64,000 nucleotides of DNA from Actinomycetota bacterium (GTDB taxonomy: Bacteria; Actinomycetota; Acidimicrobiia; Spongiisociales; UBA5794). A program made the translations under genes and the position numbers. The stretch is from NCBI GenBank assembly GCA_030123765.1, contig JASJXX010000001.1, forward strand, positions 21,210-85,209, read 5' to 3'. Under the pieces are notes generated by a model, which ran no database searches, was not told where the DNA came from, and worked only from the letters and a program-made list of their open reading frames with translations. Shown here piece after piece: positions 58,958 to 64,000 of the stretch; within the stretch, counting starts at the first letter, position 1, and each line of letters opens with the position of its first letter.

Positions 58958-59695
58958 ATGATGCTCGAACTCGCCTCCGTCTCCCTGCGCTATCCGAACG
59001 GCCACCACGCCATCGAGGGAATCAACCTCTCTGTGCCCGCGAGGTGCATCGTGGTCATGATCGGGGTGAGCGGATGCGGCAAGAGCACACTGCTGCGTCT
59101 GGTGGCCGGCCTTGAGCAGCCAACGTCGGGGACGGTCTCGGTCGCCGGTGAGATCGTCGACCGTCCTACCCGCCATGTCGGTTTCGTATTCCAGGAACCC
59201 CGGCTCATGCCCTGGCTGACAGTCTCGGAGAACGTCACCTTCGGGTTGGCGGACCGCCCGAGGAAGGAGCGGGATGCCGTCGCAGCCCGCGTCCTCGACC
59301 GGATCGGGCTCGCGGACTTCGGGCGTGCTCTCCCCAAGCAGCTCTCGGGGGGTATGGCCCAACGCGTCGCCCTTGCTCGTGCGCTCGTCGGCGACCCGGA
59401 GGTGCTGCTGCTCGACGAGCCATTCAATGCGCTTGACGCGCTCACCCGATCGGACCTTCAACAACATCTGCTCGACCTGTGGGCCGTCGACCACCGAACG
59501 ATGCTGCTCGTCACTCACGATATCGACGAGGCGCTCAGGCTCGCCGACACCATCGTGGTTCTCGCCGGTCAGCCGGGCCGTATCGTCGACCAGGTCGACA
59601 TCGACGACCCCCGACCGCGGGATCTCACATCTGAGAGATTGGCATCGATTCGTCGCTGGGTAATCGCCGGGCTATCGGTGACCCCCAAGACCTGA
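58958..59695 (+). CDS. ABC transporter ATP-binding protein (NitT/TauT-type), orphan
   Basis: Walker A GVSGCGKST, LSGGMAQRVALARAL. No permease gene is adjacent. Confidence 0.8.
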   Translation: MMLELASVSLRYPNGHHAIEGINLSVPARCIVVMIGVSGCGKSTLLRLVAGLEQPTSGTVSVAGEIVDRPTRHVGFVFQEPRLMPWLTVSENVTFGLADRPRKERDAVAARVLDRIGLADFGRALPKQLSGGMAQRVALARALVGDPEVLLLDEPFNALDALTRSDLQQHLLDLWAVDHRTMLLVTHDIDEALRLADTIVVLAGQPGRIVDQVDIDDPRPRDLTSERLASIRRWVIAGLSVTPKT

Positions 59696-59764
59696 CCTCT
59701 CCGCGCCCGCGGAATCTCGAGACGAAACGTAGAAACGCGGAAGGTCGTCGTATGCTGCGGCTCC

Positions 59765-60709
59765 ATGTTGAGAGTCACTGCCGCTGCGGCAGCGTTGGCA
59801 GTCTTTGCATCTGCGTGCACCTCGTCTGCTGCCGCGCCCACGACCACCGTGGAAGCGGCGACAGCCACCCTCACGCCGCTCACCACGCTTGTGACGCTCA
59901 CCCCGGTGACTCCGACCACCTCGACTACGGGGCCGCCATCCACGACAACGACCCGTCCCGTCCCCGAGAACGAGTGCGAGGTCGCGTCCGTCGCCGGTGT
60001 TGACGGTTACGCCCAGGGATGCACCGTGCTTGGTATCGAAGTGCTCGCCGCAGCCGGGGTCGACCCTGAGGCGATCCGTCAGCTGGCCGATCGGGTGCAC
60101 GGCATGCTCGTGAACCGACCAGAGTACGCGGCAGCGATCGCGAGCCATCCGATCGGTGTGCGGGTGATAGGCGCGGATCAACGCATCACCGACCTTCCCG
60201 AGTTCACGCGCATCTACTTCCATCATCCCGGCACCGACTGGCACAGACTTGGACGTTCATTCCCTGGCACCGAGCTCATTCCGTACGCTGCAGGGGCTGC
60301 GGAGAACCTGCTGTGCAGCGACATAGACCGCTTCGAGGGTGAGGACAACTTCCTTCGTGCGTTCGCCATCACGATCAGACGCTACGCGATGGCGGCGGTC
60401 GACACCGCTACCTCAAGGGCGATCGAGCAGGCCTACAGCATCGCCATCGCCGAAGGCAAGTGGACGAACACGCTCGCGGAGATCAACTCCGAGCAGTACT
60501 GGGCGGAAGGGGTCCAGAGCTTCTTCGACGCGAACCTCCAGGACGACGCCCAGGAACGCAAGCCGATCTCCTCCCACAACCACGTCAACACGAGGGAGGA
60601 GCTACGCACGTACGACCGGGCACTATGGGAGATCGCAGTGTCCGTGTTCGGCGACGCGGAGTGGCGCCCAGGATGCGGTGCTCTCATCTCATCGGAAGCA
60701 ACTTCGTAG
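59765..60709 (+). CDS. Hypothetical secreted lipoprotein with a Thr/Pro-rich linker
   Basis: Lipobox ASAC and a T/P-rich linker. I recognise no C-terminal domain. Confidence 0.45.
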   Translation: MLRVTAAAAALAVFASACTSSAAAPTTTVEAATATLTPLTTLVTLTPVTPTTSTTGPPSTTTTRPVPENECEVASVAGVDGYAQGCTVLGIEVLAAAGVDPEAIRQLADRVHGMLVNRPEYAAAIASHPIGVRVIGADQRITDLPEFTRIYFHHPGTDWHRLGRSFPGTELIPYAAGAAENLLCSDIDRFEGEDNFLRAFAITIRRYAMAAVDTATSRAIEQAYSIAIAEGKWTNTLAEINSEQYWAEGVQSFFDANLQDDAQERKPISSHNHVNTREELRTYDRALWEIAVSVFGDAEWRPGCGALISSEATS

Positions 60710-60840
60710 AAGCCGTCTGCTCAGGACTGCGAGGGAAGTATTATCGCAGTACGCGAGAGGGCCGAACGGCTCGCGGAGTGGTCGAACCCGCAGTTCAACC
60801 TCGGAGTGGGTATCAGCAGCGCAATGAAGGGAGCAGTCGA

Positions 60841-61398
60841 GTGGCAGATCTGACCGACCCCGACCCGAGTCGTCCCATATGGACATTCTGGCTCGGACTC
60901 ACAGCAATCGTCGCCCTCGTTGCCGCCGTTGCCCTGTTCGCGCCACGCGACGAGACCGTGAACACAGGCGGATGGGCGGCGTTGTGGTTCCTTGCAGCCG
61001 CAGTGCTCGCCATCGGTGAGATGCTGACGGCTGGTTTCTTCCTGCTCCCCTTTGCAGCGGGCACAGCAGCTGCAGGTGTCCTTGCGCTGCTGTCGATCGG
61101 CGTAGCGCTCCAGATCATCACCTTCATAGTCGTCTCCATCGTGGCGCTCTGGCTGATGCAGCGATTCGCGACGAAGGACTTCCACGGGGAGCTCCTCCCG
61201 GTAGGTGCCGCCAGATATGTTGGAACGACAGTCCTCGTGATCGAGCCCGTCAGCAGGCTGCAGGGCACCGGCATGGTGAGACTCGGGATGCAGGATTGGA
61301 GAGCCACGACGGACGGCGACGAGGAGATCCTTCTGGACGCCGAGGTAAGGGTCGTCGAAGTCAGAGGAGCGCGCCTCGTCGTCGAGCCACTCGAGTAA
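60841..61398 (+). CDS. NfeD-family protein, short form (membrane anchor plus OB-fold)
   Basis: GTG start with GGGAG 8 nt upstream; TM helices and a C-terminal beta-rich NfeD-like domain; directly upstream of the SPFH gene. Confidence 0.65.
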   Translation: MADLTDPDPSRPIWTFWLGLTAIVALVAAVALFAPRDETVNTGGWAALWFLAAAVLAIGEMLTAGFFLLPFAAGTAAAGVLALLSIGVALQIITFIVVSIVALWLMQRFATKDFHGELLPVGAARYVGTTVLVIEPVSRLQGTGMVRLGMQDWRATTDGDEEILLDAEVRVVEVRGARLVVEPLE

Positions 61399-61434
61399 GA
61401 AGCACGAAACGTCAACCACAGAGGAAGGAGCATC

Positions 61435-62343
61435 ATGGCAGGACCGATCGTTCTGATCCTGATCTTCGTATTGGTCATCTACGTTGCGATGGCAGTCAGG
61501 ATCATCCAGCAACACGAACTGGGGCTCTCCGAGAGATTCGGGAGATACCGCTTAACGCTCGAGCCGGGATTCAACATGATCGTCCCGTTCATCGACAAGG
61601 TACAGAAGGTCGACATGCGCGAGCAGGTCGTCGACGTGCCCCCACAAGAGGTCATCACCAAGGACAATGTCGTTGTGACGGTTGATGCCATCGTCTACTA
61701 CCAGGCGACCGATCCGGTCAAGCTCAAGTACAACGTTGTCAATTTCATCATCGCAGCAACCAAACTCGCTCAGACGAACCTGAGGAACGTCATCGGTGAC
61801 ATGGACCTCGACGCGGCGCTGACGTCACGTGAAGTCATCAACACCGAGCTCCGAGCCATCCTGGACGAAGCGACCGACGTCTGGGGCACAAGAGTCGTGC
61901 GTGTGGAGATCCAGCGGATCGACCCGCCGGACGACGTCACAGAAGCGATGCACCGCCAGATGAAGGCCGAGCGTGACCGCCGTGCCGCCGTCACGGCGGC
62001 GGAGGGCGAGAAGCGCGCTGCCATCCTCACGGCCGAGGGCGTGAAGCAGTCTCAGATCCTCAATGCTGAAGGTAAGGCGCAGGCCATCAAAGAAGTCGCA
62101 GATGCCGATGCTTACGAGAAAGAGATCGTTGCCGAAGGTGAGGGCCGCGCCATTGAGCGAGTCTTCGGTGCAATCCATGCCGGGAATCCGACCCCTGACC
62201 TCATCGCCATCGAGTACCTCAAGGCGCTCGTCGGAATCGCGAATGGAGAAGCAACGAAGATCTTCCTCCCCCTGGAAGCGACCGGAATCCTCTCGAGCAT
62301 CGGAGCGATCGGGGAGTTGTTCACCGATTCAAAGGACGAGTAG
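61435..62343 (+). CDS. SPFH/band-7 (stomatin/prohibitin-like) protein
   Basis: N-terminal TM helix, SPFH core and an Ala/Glu-rich coiled-coil tail. Confidence 0.85.
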   Translation: MAGPIVLILIFVLVIYVAMAVRIIQQHELGLSERFGRYRLTLEPGFNMIVPFIDKVQKVDMREQVVDVPPQEVITKDNVVVTVDAIVYYQATDPVKLKYNVVNFIIAATKLAQTNLRNVIGDMDLDAALTSREVINTELRAILDEATDVWGTRVVRVEIQRIDPPDDVTEAMHRQMKAERDRRAAVTAAEGEKRAAILTAEGVKQSQILNAEGKAQAIKEVADADAYEKEIVAEGEGRAIERVFGAIHAGNPTPDLIAIEYLKALVGIANGEATKIFLPLEATGILSSIGAIGELFTDSKDE

Positions 62344-62360
62344 CGGCAATACGACGCATG

Positions 62361-62407
62361 GACTTCGTCGAGTTCGATACCGGAGATGCCGGGAACTCGA
62401 CGAAGTT
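62361..62407. terminator. Strong bidirectional hairpin (14-15 bp stem, 17-nt loop) between the convergent SPFH and lgt genes
   Basis: ACTTCGTCGAGTTC ... GAACTCGACGAAGT, perfectly complementary arms. Confidence 0.5.
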
Positions 62408-62451
62408 CTGCCCCATCTTCAGGTACAACGGTGCAGCGGTTCAGTGGTGTG

Positions 62452-63291
62452 CTACACCTGAGGTGACACGAAGATCGGTTCGCCGACGAGGGTGCGCTCC
62501 TCGGCGCGCTTCTGCATCCACCAGATCCAGGCGATACCGCCGACGAGCGCTGCAACTGAGATCCAGCCATTGCGGCTGATCCCGAGCAGTCGGAACGTCG
62601 TGTCTGTGCGCAGCAGCTCCATTATGAACCGGATAAAGCTGTACATCACGATGTACACACCGATCGAAGCACCCTTTGCGAGCCTACCCCGCTTCTCGAG
62701 CCACAGGACAACAGGCACGATGATGAGCACGTTCCACATCGACTCGTACAGAAATGTCGGGTGGAAGGTCTCGAACTGCTCGTAACCGACGGGACGACGA
62801 GCCGGGTTGATGATGATCGCCCAGGGCAGATCTGAGGGTGTTCCGAAGAGCTCCTGGTTGAAGTAGTTCCCCCACCGTCCGAACCCCTGCGCCAACGGTA
62901 TGCCGAGAGCAGCAGCGTCAGCAAACCCGAAGACGTCCCCCGCCCGCTTGTTGACGAGATAGATGACGATGAGCGCCCCGAAGAGGAGCCCTCCGTAGAA
63001 GGCGAGGCCACCCTCCCATATGAAGAACACTGCCCAAGGTCGCCCTTCGAACCGATGCGTGTGGGTGACGACGTACCCGACCCTCGCCCCGACGAACCCG
63101 ATGACGACCGCCCAGATAGCGACCGATTCGAGGAGCTCGCCGCTGCCTCCGAACCGCTCGTACCGTTTCCTGGCAACGACGATGGCGACGATCACGCCGA
63201 TCGCGATGAAGATGCCGTAGAAGTGGATCGTGAGCGGGCCGATCTCGAGAACGTTCTGTGCCGGTGACGGGATAGCGCCAAACAGGTTCAC
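62452..63291 (-). CDS. lgt: Prolipoprotein diacylglyceryl transferase
   Basis: ...GGLAFYGGL...GRWGNYFNQE... Lgt signature motifs; 279 aa. Confidence 0.9.
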   Translation of the reverse strand: MNLFGAIPSPAQNVLEIGPLTIHFYGIFIAIGVIVAIVVARKRYERFGGSGELLESVAIWAVVIGFVGARVGYVVTHTHRFEGRPWAVFFIWEGGLAFYGGLLFGALIVIYLVNKRAGDVFGFADAAALGIPLAQGFGRWGNYFNQELFGTPSDLPWAIIINPARRPVGYEQFETFHPTFLYESMWNVLIIVPVVLWLEKRGRLAKGASIGVYIVMYSFIRFIMELLRTDTTFRLLGISRNGWISVAALVGGIAWIWWMQKRAEERTLVGEPIFVSPQV

Positions 63292-63491
63292 GCGCTTCGC
63301 TCCTCAAGCTCGCCAGCCGATTCTGCCCTGCACATGATTTCATCCTGGTAATGGCCCACAGGCACGCTCCTTCTCCGCCGGGATACTACGGCTCTACACC
63401 GCTATCCGGTTGGTGGGGAGAGACGGTGTAGCCTGTCCCACGCTGGCTGGCAACCGGAAGGTCGCCTCACATATTCCACAAGAGAGGCCGC

Positions 63492-64000
63492 ATGGACACC
63501 AAACAACGAGCTCAGGACAAGTTTTCCAGCCACGAGGCTGAGCTGCGCGAATTGTCGAGATGGATGTACGACAACCCTGAGGTCGGATACGAGGAGTTCA
63601 TGACGTCCAGGCGATACGTCGACATGCTCTCCACGAACGGGTTCGACGTCGAGTACCCGGTGTACGGCCTCGATACCGCGTTCGCGGCCCGCATCGGGTC
63701 TTCCGGGCCCGAGGTCGTCATCTGCGCGGAGATGGACGCCCTGCCCGAGGTAGGGCACGCGTGCGGACATAACATCATCGGTGCGGCGGCCCTCGGCGCA
63801 GGCCTGGCCCTCGCCCCCCTCGTCAATGACCTGGGGATCAGGCTGACGGTACTCGGGACGCCTGCCGAGGAGGCGCTCGGCGGCAAGGTCGACCTCATCA
63901 AGGCAGGCGCGTTCGAGGGTGTAGCAGCAGCGATGATGGTCCACCCCGCGACGAAGGACATCGTTGATCCTGAGTTCCTCGCTGTCCGGCACGTCGACGT
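63492..64000 (+). CDS. M20-family amidohydrolase/peptidase (hippurate-hydrolase-like), 3' end outside the window
   Basis: ...CAEMDALPEVGHACGHN... metal-binding motif. ATG at 63492 and no stop inside the window. Confidence 0.7.
   Translation, partial: MDTKQRAQDKFSSHEAELRELSRWMYDNPEVGYEEFMTSRRYVDMLSTNGFDVEYPVYGLDTAFAARIGSSGPEVVICAEMDALPEVGHACGHNIIGAAALGAGLALAPLVNDLGIRLTVLGTPAEEALGGKVDLIKAGAFEGVAAAMMVHPATKDIVDPEFLAVRHVD

Noticed and set aside
1-64000. CRISPR arrays, transposases, integrases, prophage genes and toxin-antitoxin pairs
   Set aside because: No short regularly spaced repeats, DDE or tyrosine-recombinase motifs, or small paired ORFs of toxin-antitoxin type were seen. The only repeat structures are the 53-bp glnR duplication and the coding poly-Thr tracts.

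Overview
High-GC (roughly 65-70%) chromosomal segment, most consistent with an actinobacterium (WhiB, GlnR/glnA2/glnII, an F420-type DUF385 reductase, an HspR-type HAIR operator before clpB, ask-asd). It is densely packed with housekeeping genes on both strands and shows no transposase, integrase, CRISPR array or recognisable defence system. Read in window order, the content is: a partial moaA; an unusual pterin/folate cluster (SDR, folB, a single ORF that fuses HPPK to GTP cyclohydrolase I, no folP); a nitrogen module (glnII and glnA2 divergent around a textbook GlnR operator, with glnR translationally coupled to glnA2); a 53-bp direct repeat that duplicates the glnR 3' end and flanks a ~0.93-kb insert carrying an unknown membrane-protein gene; mgsA, qor, typA, pirin, F420-type reductase, ALDH7, ridA, iscA, mrp; two paralogous secreted coiled-coil M23 peptidases; a selA-selB operon with no selC, selD or selenoprotein gene in the window; whiB; tRNA-Pro(CGG); ask-asd; a methylmalonyl-CoA epimerase, an accE-like epsilon subunit, thiolase and glpX; recR-ybaB divergent from dnaX (the conserved operon is broken here); an Fe3+ ABC transporter (fbpABC-like) preceded by an AT-rich Fur-like palindrome; ppdK; kbl-tdh; a decayed nfnAB-like locus (frameshifted small subunit, large subunit with a ~0.9-kb internal deletion); a HAIR (TGAGT-N7-ACTCA) palindrome in front of clpB; two NfeD loci, one paired with an SPFH/stomatin gene; lgt; and a partial M20 amidohydrolase. 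I found no convincing candidate for a wholly new multi-gene system. The most unusual loci are the folK::folE fusion, the repeat-flanked insert after glnR, the decayed nfnAB locus and the selAB operon without its partners. All coordinates rest on the supplied ORF track plus manual translation; nothing was searched against a database.
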